Numbered from the stretch's first letter, positions 30,022 to 40,796 are shown. The stretch: DNA of 64,000 nt from Solirubrobacteraceae bacterium (GCA_035485155.1 DATHOH010000029.1:23760-87759), one strand, 5' to 3'. Notes: a model not told the origin generated them from the letters alone. Translations and numbers: made by a program.

Positions 30022-31056
30022 CTACGGCGTGAGCACGATCTTCAGCGCTTCGCGCCGGTCATACACGGCATAGGCCTCGGGCGCCTCGTCGAGCTTCATG
30101 TGGCGCGTGACGAGCGCCGTGGGGTCGAGCACGCCCGCCGCCAGCAGCGACAGCACGCGGTCGACGTGCCCGAGCACGTTCGCCTGGCCGCCGCGAAGCG
30201 TCAGCGACTTCAGCCACAAAAGCCCCATGTGGACCTCTGTGCGCTCCGCGTAGACGCCGACGCACTGGATGTTTCCGCACGCGCGCGTGAGCCGGATCGC
30301 GCTGTCGAGCACCTTCGCGTCGCCGACCGCGTCCACGCAGACATCCACGCCACGACCTTCGGTGGCGCCGCGCACGAGCGCGCGGACGTCCTGCTCGCCC
30401 AGGTGCACCGCCTCGGCGCCGAAGGACGCGGCCACGCCGAGGCGCTCGGGCACGGAGTCGACCGCGAACACGTGCGCCGCGCCGAGCGCCTTCGCGGCCT
30501 GCACCGCGCACAGGCCGACCGGGCCGAGCCCGAGCACCGCGACGACGTCGCCCGGCCGGAAGCCGCTTTCGACGATCGCGTGGAAGCCGGTGCCCATCAC
30601 GTCGCCGGCGAACAGCGCGACGTCGCTGCTCATGCCCTCCGGCACGCGGCGCAGCACGAGGTTGGCGTGCGGCACGAGCGCTTCATCGGCCTGCGTGCCC
30701 TGCAGCCCGCCGAGCCCCGCGCCGTGCCCGAACGTGCGCGACTGCACGCAGCGGTGGTACTCCCCGCGCCGACAGAAGAAGCACACTCCACACGCCGTCT
30801 GGAAGCAGCCGAGCACACGGTCGCCGACGGCCACGCGCGTGACCGCGTCGCCGGTCGCGAGGACCGTGCCGACGTACTCGTGGCCGATCGTGAAGCCGGG
30901 CTCGATCTGCACGCGACCGTGGTAGATGTGCAGATCCGATCCGCACACGCCGGTGGCCTCGATCCCCACGATCGCGTCTTCGCCATCGATCAGCTCCGGT
31001 GAAGGGCGCTCCTCGACGCTGACGACGCCGGGGGCCTGGAAGGTGACGGCTCGCAT
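30022..31056 (-). CDS. Zn-dependent alcohol/aldehyde dehydrogenase (MDR)
   Basis: CGSDLH, GHEYVG, CGVCFFCRRGEYHRC structural Zn, GLGPVG. Confidence 0.92.
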   Translation of the reverse strand: MRAVTFQAPGVVSVEERPSPELIDGEDAIVGIEATGVCGSDLHIYHGRVQIEPGFTIGHEYVGTVLATGDAVTRVAVGDRVLGCFQTACGVCFFCRRGEYHRCVQSRTFGHGAGLGGLQGTQADEALVPHANLVLRRVPEGMSSDVALFAGDVMGTGFHAIVESGFRPGDVVAVLGLGPVGLCAVQAAKALGAAHVFAVDSVPERLGVAASFGAEAVHLGEQDVRALVRGATEGRGVDVCVDAVGDAKVLDSAIRLTRACGNIQCVGVYAERTEVHMGLLWLKSLTLRGGQANVLGHVDRVLSLLAAGVLDPTALVTRHMKLDEAPEAYAVYDRREALKIVLTP

Positions 31057-31070
31057 TCGCGGACGCCAGC

Positions 31071-31592
31071 CTACCGATATGTCTCGGCGCTCTCGGCGCC
31101 AGCGGAACGCACCTCGCGCAGCGCCCCCGTCTCCGGGTCGAAGACGAACCCCCTGATGTGCTCGCGCGCCGGCAACTCGGGGCTGGCGCGCAGGCGCGCG
31201 AGGCTGTTGCGAAGCGTGTCCTCGACGTCCTCGAAGGCGCCCAAGCGCCAGGTCGGCAGCGCGCCGTCGGCAGCGAGCGCCTGGGCGAAGTCGTCCTCGG
31301 AGGCTCCGTGCAGGCCGCAGCCGTCGTGCATCACCACGACGATCTCCTCCGTCCCGAGCAGGCGCTGCGATGCGCTGAGCGAGCGGATCGCGTCGTCGGT
31401 GACGAGGCCGCCGGCGTTGCGGATGATGTGCGCGTCGCCGCGTCGCAGGCCGAGCATCGGGAACAGGTCGATGCGCGTATCCATGCACGCGAGCACGGCC
31501 ACCTTGCGACGCGGGCGGGGGCTGAGGCCCGGCGCGGCGAGCTCGTCGGCACGCGCCGCCGCGACGTTGAGCATCTCGTCGGCGTTCGGCAT
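31071..31592 (-). CDS. Beta-class carbonic anhydrase
   Basis: ACMDTRID, IIRNAGG, HDGCG, IRGFVFD..TG.L. Confidence 0.9.
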   Translation of the reverse strand: MPNADEMLNVAAARADELAAPGLSPRPRRKVAVLACMDTRIDLFPMLGLRRGDAHIIRNAGGLVTDDAIRSLSASQRLLGTEEIVVVMHDGCGLHGASEDDFAQALAADGALPTWRLGAFEDVEDTLRNSLARLRASPELPAREHIRGFVFDPETGALREVRSAGAESAETYR

Positions 31593-31651
31593 CAGGCTGT
31601 GATCGTATGAGAGCGGGCGCAAGCGATGCGATGCGCAGGCGTGCCCGTCGC

Positions 31652-33088
31652 CTATCCGGCGAGGCGCACGGGCGGCTTGCGACGCGTTCGCCGGGCCGGT
31701 GCCGGCGCCGGCTCCGACTCGGGCACGAGCGCCAGCAGACCGTCGATGCCGCGGCCGATGCCGGCCGTCAGCACGTCGATGTCCGGCGCGCCGTCGTAGT
31801 CGCCGGTGACGCCGAAGTAGAGGCCGCCGTCGTAGGAGAAGATCGCGACGACGATCCGGATCGAGCCGACGACCGGGACGAACGGATAGGACTCGAGCAT
31901 GCGCCGCCCGAGCGTCTGCACGGGCTGCTGGGGGCCCGGCACGTTCGTCGTCGCCGTGTGCATGTTCAGGCGCGGCGACAGCGTCACCAGGCGGCTTCCG
32001 AGCGCGAGCAGCAACGGCGGCGCGAAGCCCGACATCGACGTCAGCACGTCGCCGGCGACCGCCTGCTTGGACTCCTTGATCCCGTCCATCTCCGCGCGGA
32101 TCCGCTCCAGTCGCCGCGCGGGCTCCGTGAGCCCGACCGGCAGCCCGGCGAACACCGCCGAGACACGGTTGTTGTACACGCCACGCTCGCCCTTGCTGCG
32201 CACCGACACCGGCACCATCGTGCGGATCACCTGGTCCGCGGGCACGTCCTCGCCGCGGGACAACAGCAGCTCGCGGAACCCGTTGGTGATCAGCGTCAGC
32301 ACGACGTCGTTGACCGTGCCGCCGAGCGCGGTGCGAACGCGCTTGACGTCGGACAGGCGCACCTGCGCCCAGCTCCAGCGGCGGTGCGGGCCGATCGCGC
32401 CCGTCAGCGAGGAGGCGCCGACGGGGCGCATGCTCGACGACGCCGCCGCGGCCGCGCGCACGGTCTCTGCGAGCGAACGCAGCGTGTCGCGCGGCGCGCC
32501 GAGCACCCGGCGCAGCGTCTGCAGCTGCCCGTCCGGGCTGGCGCGGTAGGCGAGCGTGCGCACAAACAGCTCGATGGCGGAGGGCTCGGGCGCGGGCGCC
32601 CACTCACGCGTTGCAGCGCCGGGGGTGGTGTCCGAGAACATGACCGACATCAGGTCGGTCGCGGCGACGCCGTCGACCATGCAGTGGTGCACCTTCGACA
32701 GCAGCGCCCAGCGGCCGCCCTCCAGCCGCTCGACGACCCACAGCTCCCACAGCGGCTTGTCGCGGTCGAGGTGCTGCGAGAAGACGCGGCTGGCCATCTC
32801 CCGTAGCTGCTGCTCGCTTCCCGGCGCCGGCACCGCCGTGTGACGGAGGTGGTAGTCGAGGCTGAAGTGGGGATCGTCGATCCACGCCGGCGAGCTGATC
32901 GCCAGGGGCACAAACCGAACCTTCTGTCGATAGCGCGGCACCAGCTCGAGCTTGCCTGCGACCATCGCGCGCAGGTCCTCAAACGGCGGCGGCGGCCCCT
33001 CGAAGATGCTGACGGCGCCGATGTGCATCGGCGTGGTGGCGTTCTCCACGTGCAAGAAGGACGAGTCGATCGGACTCATCCACTCCAT
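31652..33088 (-). CDS. Wax ester synthase/diacylglycerol acyltransferase
   Basis: MSPIDSSFLHVE, DRDKPLWE, HHCMVDG, GGTVNDVVL, TNVPGP. Confidence 0.93.
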   Translation of the reverse strand: MEWMSPIDSSFLHVENATTPMHIGAVSIFEGPPPPFEDLRAMVAGKLELVPRYRQKVRFVPLAISSPAWIDDPHFSLDYHLRHTAVPAPGSEQQLREMASRVFSQHLDRDKPLWELWVVERLEGGRWALLSKVHHCMVDGVAATDLMSVMFSDTTPGAATREWAPAPEPSAIELFVRTLAYRASPDGQLQTLRRVLGAPRDTLRSLAETVRAAAAASSSMRPVGASSLTGAIGPHRRWSWAQVRLSDVKRVRTALGGTVNDVVLTLITNGFRELLLSRGEDVPADQVIRTMVPVSVRSKGERGVYNNRVSAVFAGLPVGLTEPARRLERIRAEMDGIKESKQAVAGDVLTSMSGFAPPLLLALGSRLVTLSPRLNMHTATTNVPGPQQPVQTLGRRMLESYPFVPVVGSIRIVVAIFSYDGGLYFGVTGDYDGAPDIDVLTAGIGRGIDGLLALVPESEPAPAPARRTRRKPPVRLAG

Positions 33089-33837
33089 GCAACCTCCGTG
33101 GCGCCGTCGAGCACCTGCTCGAGCACGCGGTAGACCTGCGGGTGAACCGACATGCCGCAGTGGCTCGAGTCGACCTCGGCCAACTCCGCGTGCGGATCCA
33201 GGCACGCGCGCCAGTCGACAATGCCGTCGCTGCGCGAGTACACCGCAACGGCCTCGATCCCGTCCTCGAGCGGAGCGGCGAGGTCCGCTTCGAAGCCTGC
33301 GCAGCACTCGCCTTCCTTGCAGCTGGTGGAGAACACCCCCGGCACCCCGAGATCGCCCAGTCGTGCCACCAGCCGCACGGTGCGCAGCACCTGCGGCGAG
33401 ACGGCCAGGCCGTCGCACACCGGCGAACCGAGCATCACCAGCCCGCACACCAGCTCCGGATGGCGCACAGCGAGCGCACGCGCGAGCGCGCCGCCGCGAC
33501 TCTGGCCGATCAGCACAACCCGCTCACCGCAAGCTCCCGCGAACTCCTCCAGCTGCACCTCCAGGCGCTGGACGATCTCCTCGGCGCAGCCGACGTTGAC
33601 GCGCATGCCGCTCATCGCGACGCGATGGCCGCGCCGCTGCAGCCAGCTGCGCATCACGCGCAGCGAGCTGTCACCGGCCATGAAGCCAGGGGTCAGCATC
33701 ACCGGCCGGGCGTCCTCGCGACGGCTGGGGGCGCGCAGACGCGGATCGGTGAGCAGCCGCGCGAGCTCGCCGCCGTAGCGCAGCTCTCCCCACACAGGCG
33801 CTTCCGGCGCCCCGGCCTCCCTCGCCTCCGTGAACAT
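33076..33837 (-). CDS. Lipase/esterase-type alpha/beta hydrolase
   Basis: PGFMAGD, GQSRGG, YSRSDGIVDW, SSHCGM. Confidence 0.85.
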   Translation of the reverse strand: MFTEAREAGAPEAPVWGELRYGGELARLLTDPRLRAPSRREDARPVMLTPGFMAGDSSLRVMRSWLQRRGHRVAMSGMRVNVGCAEEIVQRLEVQLEEFAGACGERVVLIGQSRGGALARALAVRHPELVCGLVMLGSPVCDGLAVSPQVLRTVRLVARLGDLGVPGVFSTSCKEGECCAGFEADLAAPLEDGIEAVAVYSRSDGIVDWRACLDPHAELAEVDSSHCGMSVHPQVYRVLEQVLDGATEVAWSG

Positions 33838-33858
33838 CGTTCCCATAGAGTACGCCCA

Positions 33859-34659
33859 ATGGAGCTCGCCGACCGTCATATCGTCGTCACGGGCGCCGCC
33901 GGCGGCATCGGCAGCGCCCTCGTGCGCAGCTTCGTCGAGGAGGGCGCGCGGGCGGTCGTGGTCGCCGACCGCGACGTGCAGGGCGCTCAGGCGATCGCCG
34001 AGGAGCTGGGATCCCGTGCGCTCGCGGTCGGGTTCGACGCCGGCGAGGAGAACAGCGTGCGCGAGCTGATCGCGATCGCCTCGGAGGCCAACGGCTCGAT
34101 CGACATCTTCATCTCGAACGCAGGTGTCGGGGGCATGGGCGGCGGCCCCGAGGCGAGCGATGCGGCCTGGGACGAAGCGTGGCGCGTCAACGTGATGGCG
34201 CACGTGTGGGCTTCACGGGCATTGCTGGGAGAGATGCTCGAGCGCGGCGAGGGCTATCTGATCAACACCGCCTCGGCCGCCGGTCTGCTGACCCAGGTCT
34301 CCTCGCTGATCTACAGCGTCACCAAGCACGCCGCCGTGTCACTGGCGGAGTGGATGTCGATCGAATACCTCGACCGGGGTGTGCGCGTGTCGTGCATCTG
34401 CCCGCAGGGGGTGCGTACGCCGATGCTCGAACGCGGAATGGAGGAGGCCGCAGCGGCGGCGGCGCTGTCGTCGGGCGGCCTGATCGAGCCCGAGCAGGTC
34501 GCCGACGCTGTCGTCGCCGGAATCCGCGAGGAGCGCTTCCTGATCCTCCCGCACGAGAACGTCGCTGAGTTCATGGCGCGCAAGGGCACCGACCCGGAAC
34601 GCTGGATGCGGGGCATGCGCCGGCTGGTGGCGGCGGCGCGCGAGGCCCCGGAGGCCTGA
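33859..34659 (+). CDS. Short-chain dehydrogenase/reductase
   Basis: TGAAGGIG, NAG, YSVTK. Confidence 0.92.
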   Translation: MELADRHIVVTGAAGGIGSALVRSFVEEGARAVVVADRDVQGAQAIAEELGSRALAVGFDAGEENSVRELIAIASEANGSIDIFISNAGVGGMGGGPEASDAAWDEAWRVNVMAHVWASRALLGEMLERGEGYLINTASAAGLLTQVSSLIYSVTKHAAVSLAEWMSIEYLDRGVRVSCICPQGVRTPMLERGMEEAAAAAALSSGGLIEPEQVADAVVAGIREERFLILPHENVAEFMARKGTDPERWMRGMRRLVAAAREAPEA

Positions 34660-34677
34660 CGCGCCCGGCAGGCGCGG

Positions 34678-36312
34678 CTAAGCCGACGCCGGCTGGGGCA
34701 CGACGCCGTTGGTCGCAGCGATCGCGCCGACCTCGGCGGGCGCGCCCGGCAGGGACAGCGCGCGGCCGCGAATCAGGTCGGCGGCGCGCTCGGCCACGGC
34801 GATCGTCGGAGCGTTGGTGTTCCCGCGCGGGACCATCGGCATCACGGACGCATCGACCACGCGCAGGCCCTCGAGTCCGTTGACGCGCAGCTGCGCGTCA
34901 ACGACGGCGGCGGCGTCCTCGCCCGTCCGGCAGGTGCCGACAGGGTGGTAGATCGAGAACGTCGTGCGTGCGATGTGCTCGCGCAGATGCTCGTCGCTGT
35001 CACCCTCGGGGAAGATGCACGGCTCGACGGCGTACGGCGCGAGCGCCGGTTGCGCGCAGATCTCGAGCATCTGGCGGAAGCCCGCGATCATCCGCTGCAT
35101 GTCGTCACCGGCGGTGTAGTAGGAGTGGTGGACGATCGGCTTGGCGCTCGGGTCGTTGGAGGCCAGGCGCACGTTGCCGCGACTGTTCGGGGTCAACAGG
35201 CAAGGCGTTGCCAGGAATCCGTGGGCATCAGGGTCGCTCATGCCCTCGTCGATGATCTGCACCGGGATGAAGTGGAACTGGATGTCGGGCGCGGGCGCGT
35301 CGGCGCCGACGCGCACGAAGCCGCCGGCCTCCGCGAAGTTCGAGGCGAGCGGGCCGGTCTGCGTGGCTTCGTACTCCTGCAGCGCCTCGGGCTCGAGCGA
35401 CAGCAGCAGGCTGACTTCCTCCGGGGTCGTCCACACCGAATAGGCGGCTGCGTGGTCTGAGAGGTTCTCGCCGACGGCAGGCTGGTCGAGCAGCACCTCG
35501 ATTTCGCGCATCGTCAGGTGCTCGGCGGGGCCGACGCCGGAGAGCATCAGCAGCTGCGGCGAGTTGTATGCGCCGCCGCACAGAATCACCTCGCGCTCGG
35601 CGCGCAGCTCCTGGATCTGGCCGAGCTGGCTCGCCTGCACGCCGACCGCGCGATTGCCCTCGAACAGCACGCGCTGCACCAGCATGTAGGGCATCACAGT
35701 CAGGTTTGTGCGTTCGCTCACCGGATGCAGATACGCGACAGCGGTGCTCGCGCGCATGCCGCCGCGGTGGGTCACCTGGTAGAGGCCGACGCCGTCCTGC
35801 TGATCGCCGTTGAAGTCGTCGTTACGGGGCAGCCCGGCCTGCACACCGGCCTCCACGAACGCGCTCGACATCGGGTTGTTGGAGCGGCCCTCGCTCACCG
35901 GCAGCGGGCCGCCTGCGCCGTGCCAGCGAGACGCACCGCGCTCGTTGTCCTCGGCCTTCAGGAAGTACGGCATCAGCTCCGCGGCCGACCAACCGGGCAC
36001 GCCCCATTCGTCATAGTCGAGCCGGTTGCCGCGGATGTAGATCATCGCGTTGATCGAGGAGGACCCGCCGAGCACCCTGCCGCGGGGCAGGGGGATGCGA
36101 CGGTTGCGGCACTCGGGCTCGGGCGCGGTGGAGTAGTCCCAGTCGACCTCCGTGCGCGGCAGCTGCAGGTAGCCGAGCGGCACGTGGATGTTCTGGTTGA
36201 CGTCGGGCGGCCCGGCCTCCAGCAGCAGCACCCGCACGTCAGGATCCTCGCTCAACCGGTTTGCCAGCACGCAGCCAGCCGACCCCGCTCCCACGATCAC
36301 GTAGTCGTACAT
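34678..36312 (-). CDS. GMC oxidoreductase (choline dehydrogenase-like)
   Basis: IVGAGSAG, GGSSSINAM, GENLSDH, YHPVGTC, GNTNAP. Confidence 0.93.
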   Translation of the reverse strand: MYDYVIVGAGSAGCVLANRLSEDPDVRVLLLEAGPPDVNQNIHVPLGYLQLPRTEVDWDYSTAPEPECRNRRIPLPRGRVLGGSSSINAMIYIRGNRLDYDEWGVPGWSAAELMPYFLKAEDNERGASRWHGAGGPLPVSEGRSNNPMSSAFVEAGVQAGLPRNDDFNGDQQDGVGLYQVTHRGGMRASTAVAYLHPVSERTNLTVMPYMLVQRVLFEGNRAVGVQASQLGQIQELRAEREVILCGGAYNSPQLLMLSGVGPAEHLTMREIEVLLDQPAVGENLSDHAAAYSVWTTPEEVSLLLSLEPEALQEYEATQTGPLASNFAEAGGFVRVGADAPAPDIQFHFIPVQIIDEGMSDPDAHGFLATPCLLTPNSRGNVRLASNDPSAKPIVHHSYYTAGDDMQRMIAGFRQMLEICAQPALAPYAVEPCIFPEGDSDEHLREHIARTTFSIYHPVGTCRTGEDAAAVVDAQLRVNGLEGLRVVDASVMPMVPRGNTNAPTIAVAERAADLIRGRALSLPGAPAEVGAIAATNGVVPQPASA

Positions 36313-36428
36313 ATCCCGAACCTCTCCTTCGCCGCTTGCTCTCTCCTTGGTCGGGACGATACTCCTCGCGCGCCATGGCACCGCCCGGTCCGGACGCCAG
36401 TACGAGCGCGCAGGAGCAGTCAGCCGTG

Positions 36429-37424
36429 TCAGCCGCTGACGGTCTTCGCGAGCTGACGCTCGGGCGGGATGCGAATCACGTCCCACACGAGGCCCACGCG
36501 CGCCATGCCGGCGATCACCCAAGCCGACGGGTCGAGCTGCCACCAGCGCAGGCCATGACGGGCGGAAGTCGGGAACGCGTGGTGGTTGTTGTGCCACGCC
36601 TCGCCGAGCGTCGGCAGTGCCAGCCACAGCAGGTTGCGCGATTCATCGCCCGTGTCGAAGCTGCGCCGGCCAAAGAAGTGACACAGCGAGTTGATCGAGA
36701 ACGTGGCGTGGTGCAGGCAGAACATCCGCACCGCGCCGCCCCACAGCAGGCCTGTCAGTCCTCCCACAAGCGTGCCGGTGAGCGCGACACCGAGGGCGAA
36801 CGGGACCGCCAGCCCGAGCGCGACCCACAGCAGGAACGTGCGATCGACGAAGCGCACGACCGGATCGGCGAGCAGGTCCTTGGCGTAGCGGTGCTCGTCG
36901 GCCATCGCGTCGCCACCCAGGATCCAACCCACGTGCGCGTGAAACAGCCCAGCTAGCGCCCCGCGCCAGCCGCCGCTGTGATCGACGTGAGGGCTGTGCG
37001 GGTCGCCGGGCACATCGGAGAACTGGTGGTGCTTGCGGTGGTTGGCAACCCACTCGATCACCGGCCCCTCGACCGCGGCCGAGCCCAGCGCGGCGAACAC
37101 GCCGCGCATGGCGGGACTGGTCTTGAAGCTGCGGTGGGTCAGCAGGCGGTGAAAGCCGACCGTGATGCCCGCGCCGGTCAGCAGATAGGTGAGCGCCATC
37201 ACGATCAGGTCCGGCCACTGCAGGGCGCCGCCCCAGGCGAGGTATGCGGCGAACCCCACGAGCGCGAGCGGCACGATCATCACCACAAGGTTCGCAATGC
37301 GATCGATCGTCTCGTTCTCGACCGGGGCGGCGGGAACCATCGAGCGCTCGGGGACAGGCTCGCCTCGATCGGCACCAACATGGCCCTCCGGGGCCACCGC
37401 ACCGTCAGCTCGATCAAATGTCAT
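36429..37424 (-). CDS. Membrane fatty-acyl desaturase (delta-9 type)
   Basis: His boxes HRLLTH, HRKHH, HNNHH; start uncertain. Confidence 0.92.
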   Translation of the reverse strand: MTFDRADGAVAPEGHVGADRGEPVPERSMVPAAPVENETIDRIANLVVMIVPLALVGFAAYLAWGGALQWPDLIVMALTYLLTGAGITVGFHRLLTHRSFKTSPAMRGVFAALGSAAVEGPVIEWVANHRKHHQFSDVPGDPHSPHVDHSGGWRGALAGLFHAHVGWILGGDAMADEHRYAKDLLADPVVRFVDRTFLLWVALGLAVPFALGVALTGTLVGGLTGLLWGGAVRMFCLHHATFSINSLCHFFGRRSFDTGDESRNLLWLALPTLGEAWHNNHHAFPTSARHGLRWWQLDPSAWVIAGMARVGLVWDVIRIPPERQLAKTVSG

Positions 37425-37552
37425 CCACGCACCAGGCACCGACGATACTCCCAGCGGCCGGGGAAGCCGCCAGACGTCGGTGTGTAACGCATCGGTCCGC
37501 CGGTCGGACTGAACGTTGCATGCCCACTCCCCAACCCCTAGGAGACTCAGCA

Positions 37553-38677
37553 ATGAAAGCGACAATTCGCCTCGGTGCCGCCGTGGTCGCGGCCACGGCC
37601 GCGCTGGCAGCGCTCGGCGTGCTCGGCGCGCCGGCCTTCGCGACCGGCATCAACCACGCGGTCTTCGTACAGACGGACAACATCAAAGGCAACCAGATCG
37701 TGGTCTATGACCGTTCAGCCGAAGGCAAGCTCGCGCAGGCCGGCGTGTACAACACCGGCGGCCTCGGCGGAGCACTCGAAGGCTCGGAAGTCGATCACCT
37801 CGCCTCGCAGGGCTCGCTCGCCTTGGACCGGCAGAATGGCCTGCTGTACGCGGTCAACGCCGGCAGCAACAGCGTCTCGGTGTTTGCCGTGTTCGGAGAC
37901 AAGCTCGCGCTGCGCCAGGTGATCAGCTCAGGCGGCACCTTCCCGGTGAGCGTCGCTGTGCACAACGGCATCGTGTACGTGCTCAACGGGCTGGAAGGCG
38001 GATCGGTGCAGGGCTTCGCCGTCTCGGGCGGACGCCTGGTTGCGATCCCCGGATCGAATCGCGCGCTCGGCCTCGGCTCGGAAACCCCGCAGTTCACGCA
38101 TTCGCCGGGCACTGTCGTGTTCTCTCCGGAAGGCACCCAGCTGATCGTCACGACCAAGGCCAACGGCAACGACGTGGATGTCTTCAGCGTCGCGCCCGGC
38201 GGAACGCTGTCGGCCACTCCGGTCGTGAACCCGCTGCCGGGCACCGTCCCGTTCGCCGTGACCTTCGATCGGCAGGGACACCTGGTCCTCGCTGAGAGCG
38301 CGGGCGCGCTCGCGGTCTTCCAGCTGCGCGAAGATGGCAACATCGAGCAGCTCGACGTCGTCGCTTCCGAACAGATCGCCACCTGCTGGGTGGTGGAAGC
38401 TCGCGGGCAGTTCTACACGTCGAACCCCGGGAGCGCTTCGCTGAGCGCGTTTGGATCGAGTCACGGCGGGCAGTTGCTGACGCTGCTCGGCGACACCAAA
38501 ACCGACGGTGGCACCGTGGACGCGACGGCCACCAACGACGGGCAGTTCCTGTACGTGCAGACCGGCGCGGAAGGCATCGTCGACGAGTTCTCCGTAGCGC
38601 CCAAGGGCGAACTGACGGAGATCGGCTCGATCGCGGTCCCAGGTGCGCAGGGCGGCGAGGGAATCGTCGCCGGCTAG
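37553..38677 (+). CDS. Secreted lactonase-family beta-propeller protein
   Basis: Signal peptide; repeated blades ([28 protein letters not shown]); SD GGAG. Confidence 0.82.
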   Translation: MKATIRLGAAVVAATAALAALGVLGAPAFATGINHAVFVQTDNIKGNQIVVYDRSAEGKLAQAGVYNTGGLGGALEGSEVDHLASQGSLALDRQNGLLYAVNAGSNSVSVFAVFGDKLALRQVISSGGTFPVSVAVHNGIVYVLNGLEGGSVQGFAVSGGRLVAIPGSNRALGLGSETPQFTHSPGTVVFSPEGTQLIVTTKANGNDVDVFSVAPGGTLSATPVVNPLPGTVPFAVTFDRQGHLVLAESAGALAVFQLREDGNIEQLDVVASEQIATCWVVEARGQFYTSNPGSASLSAFGSSHGGQLLTLLGDTKTDGGTVDATATNDGQFLYVQTGAEGIVDEFSVAPKGELTEIGSIAVPGAQGGEGIVAG

Positions 38678-38790
38678 CCAAGCCACGCCCTACAGGTTGC
38701 GGCGCCCTTGGGGGCGCCGTAGCCTGCAGCGCGGCCTACGAACGGCATGGACTGTGCTCTTCACCACCTACCCGACCCCCCGGCGCGCGC

Positions 38791-39453
38791 ATGGGGTTGA
38801 TCGCGGCAATCGCCGTTGTCGGCCTTGGCCTGCCGCGCCGGCGCACCCAGGCCCCGGTGCTCCTCGACGAGGACGCCGAGCTCGTCGCGCGATTGCGCGC
38901 CGGCGAGGAGCAGGCGTTCGTGGCGCTCGTCTCGCGTCACCACGCCGCGATGGTCCGCCTCGCCGGCTCGTACGTGGCCAGCCAGGCGATCGCCGAGGAG
39001 GTCGTCCAGGACACGTGGATGGGCGTGCTGCGCGGGATCGACGGCTTCGCCGGGCGCTCGTCGTTTCGCACGTGGCTGCTGCGGATCCTTGTCAACCGCG
39101 CTACGAGCACCGGCGTGCGTGAGCGTCGAAGCATCGCTGTCGGTGACGCTGGACCGGTCGTGGACAGCTCGAGATTCGACGCGTCGGGCGCCTGGATGTC
39201 GCCTCCGCAGCATTGGGTCGAGGAAAGCGAGGACCGGCTTCTCGCGCAGGGCCTGTCGGGAGATATCCAGGCGGCACTCGAGGCGCTGCCAGTGCGCCAG
39301 CGCGAGGTCGTGCTGCTGCGCGACGTCGACGGGCTGAGCGGCCACGAGGTGTGTGACGTGCTCGAGATCAGCGAGGCCAACCAGCGGGTGCTGTTGCACC
39401 GCGGGCGCAGTCACCTGCGTCAGGCTCTGGAAACGGCGTTGGGGGGCGCGTGA
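38791..39453 (+). CDS. ECF sigma-70 factor
   Basis: AEEVVQDTW, SFRTWLLRILVN, LPVRQREVVLLRDVDG...RVLLHRGR; start uncertain. Confidence 0.92.
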   Translation: MGLIAAIAVVGLGLPRRRTQAPVLLDEDAELVARLRAGEEQAFVALVSRHHAAMVRLAGSYVASQAIAEEVVQDTWMGVLRGIDGFAGRSSFRTWLLRILVNRATSTGVRERRSIAVGDAGPVVDSSRFDASGAWMSPPQHWVEESEDRLLAQGLSGDIQAALEALPVRQREVVLLRDVDGLSGHEVCDVLEISEANQRVLLHRGRSHLRQALETALGGA

Positions 39454-39713
39454 GCATGTTCTGGTCCAAGAGCGGACTCGTGTGCCAGGAGATGGTCGAG
39501 CTGATCACCGACTACCTGGAAGACGCGCTGCCGCGCTCACAACGCCGGCGCTTCGAGGCGCACATCGCCGGTTGCGAGCACTGCACCGAGTACCTCGAGC
39601 AGATGCGCGTCACGATCACGCTCACCGGACGGCTGCGCGCGGAGGACCTCACGCCGGCGATGCGCGAGGAGTTCACGGACCTCTACCGGCGCTGGCGCTC
39701 GCAGAGTGGCTGA
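39450..39713 (+). CDS. zf-HC2 anti-sigma factor (soluble)
   Basis: CQEMVELITDYLE...HIAGCEHC (HxxxCxxC); GTGA coupling. Confidence 0.9.
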   Translation: MSMFWSKSGLVCQEMVELITDYLEDALPRSQRRRFEAHIAGCEHCTEYLEQMRVTITLTGRLRAEDLTPAMREEFTDLYRRWRSQSG

Positions 39714-39717
39714 GCGC

Positions 39718-40770
39718 TCACGCGTCGCTCGAGGACGCCCACACGTTGATCCCGCCGTCGACGGCGTAGCGATCGATCTCGGTGAGTTCCTCGGGCGTGA
39801 AGTCCAGTTTCGCGAGCGCCCCGATGTTGTCTTCCAGCTGCGTGACGCTGCTCGCACCGATCAGCGCGGAGCTGACGCGGGCGTCTCGCAGGGCCCACGC
39901 GATGGCGAGCTGGGCGAGCGACTGGCCGCGTCGCTTTGCGATCTCGTTGAGCGCGCGGACGCGATCGAGGTTCTCGTCGCTGAGCAGGCGTTCGTCGAAT
40001 GCCTCGCCGCGGCGTACGCGTGAATCCTCGGGGATGCCATGCAGGTAGTGGTCGGTGAGCAGGCCCTGCGCGAGCGGCGAGAACACGATCGCGCCGACGC
40101 CGTTGCGCGCGAGCACGTCGAGCAGTTCCTGCTCGATCCAGCGGTTGAACATCGAGTAGGAGGGTTGGTGGATGAACAGCGGCGTGCCGAGGCCGTTCAG
40201 AATCTCGATCGTCTCGGCGGTGCGCTGTGGCGAGTAGGAGCTGATGCCGACGTACAGGGCCTTGCCCTGGCGCACCGCGGTGTCGAGTGCGCCCATCGTC
40301 TCCCGCAGCGGCGTCTGCGGGTCGAAACGGTGCGAGTAGAAGATGTCGACGTAGTCGAGCCCCATTCGCGCGAGGCTCTGGTCGAGGCTCGTCAGCAGGT
40401 ACTTGCGCGACCCCCACTCGCCGTACGGTCCCGGCCACTGGTCATAGCCGGCCTTGGTCGAGATGATCAGCTCGTCCCTGTACGGACGGAAGTCCTCCGC
40501 GAAGATGCGGCCGAAGTTGGTCTCGGCGGCGCCGTATGGCGGTCCGTAGTTGTTGGCGAGGTCGAAGTGCGTGATGCCGAGGTCGAAGGCGCGGCGCAGG
40601 ACCGCGCGGCTGTTCTGCAGCGGGCGATCGTCACCGAAGTTCTGCCACAGCCCGAGCGAGATCGCGGGGAGCTGGATGCCGCTGGCGCCGACGCGGCGAT
40701 AGGGCATCCGCTCGTAGCGGGCCGGGTCGGCCGCGAACAGGGGAACAGCGCGCCCCGGATCGAATGGCAT
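39718..40770 (-). CDS. mgrA: Aldo-keto reductase, L-glyceraldehyde-3-phosphate reductase type
   Basis: ISLGLWQNFG, DLANNYGPPYG, STKAGY, GKALYVGISSY. Confidence 0.9.
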   Translation of the reverse strand: MPFDPGRAVPLFAADPARYERMPYRRVGASGIQLPAISLGLWQNFGDDRPLQNSRAVLRRAFDLGITHFDLANNYGPPYGAAETNFGRIFAEDFRPYRDELIISTKAGYDQWPGPYGEWGSRKYLLTSLDQSLARMGLDYVDIFYSHRFDPQTPLRETMGALDTAVRQGKALYVGISSYSPQRTAETIEILNGLGTPLFIHQPSYSMFNRWIEQELLDVLARNGVGAIVFSPLAQGLLTDHYLHGIPEDSRVRRGEAFDERLLSDENLDRVRALNEIAKRRGQSLAQLAIAWALRDARVSSALIGASSVTQLEDNIGALAKLDFTPEELTEIDRYAVDGGINVWASSSDA

Positions 40771-40796
40771 CGGCACGAGTATTGCACTGTGAGAGC

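Noticed and set aside
37435-37482. Hairpin CACCGACG/CGTCGGTG between desaturase and lactonase genes as a cobalamin riboswitch
   Set aside because: Too short and lacks the B12-box; GC-rich stems of this size are common.
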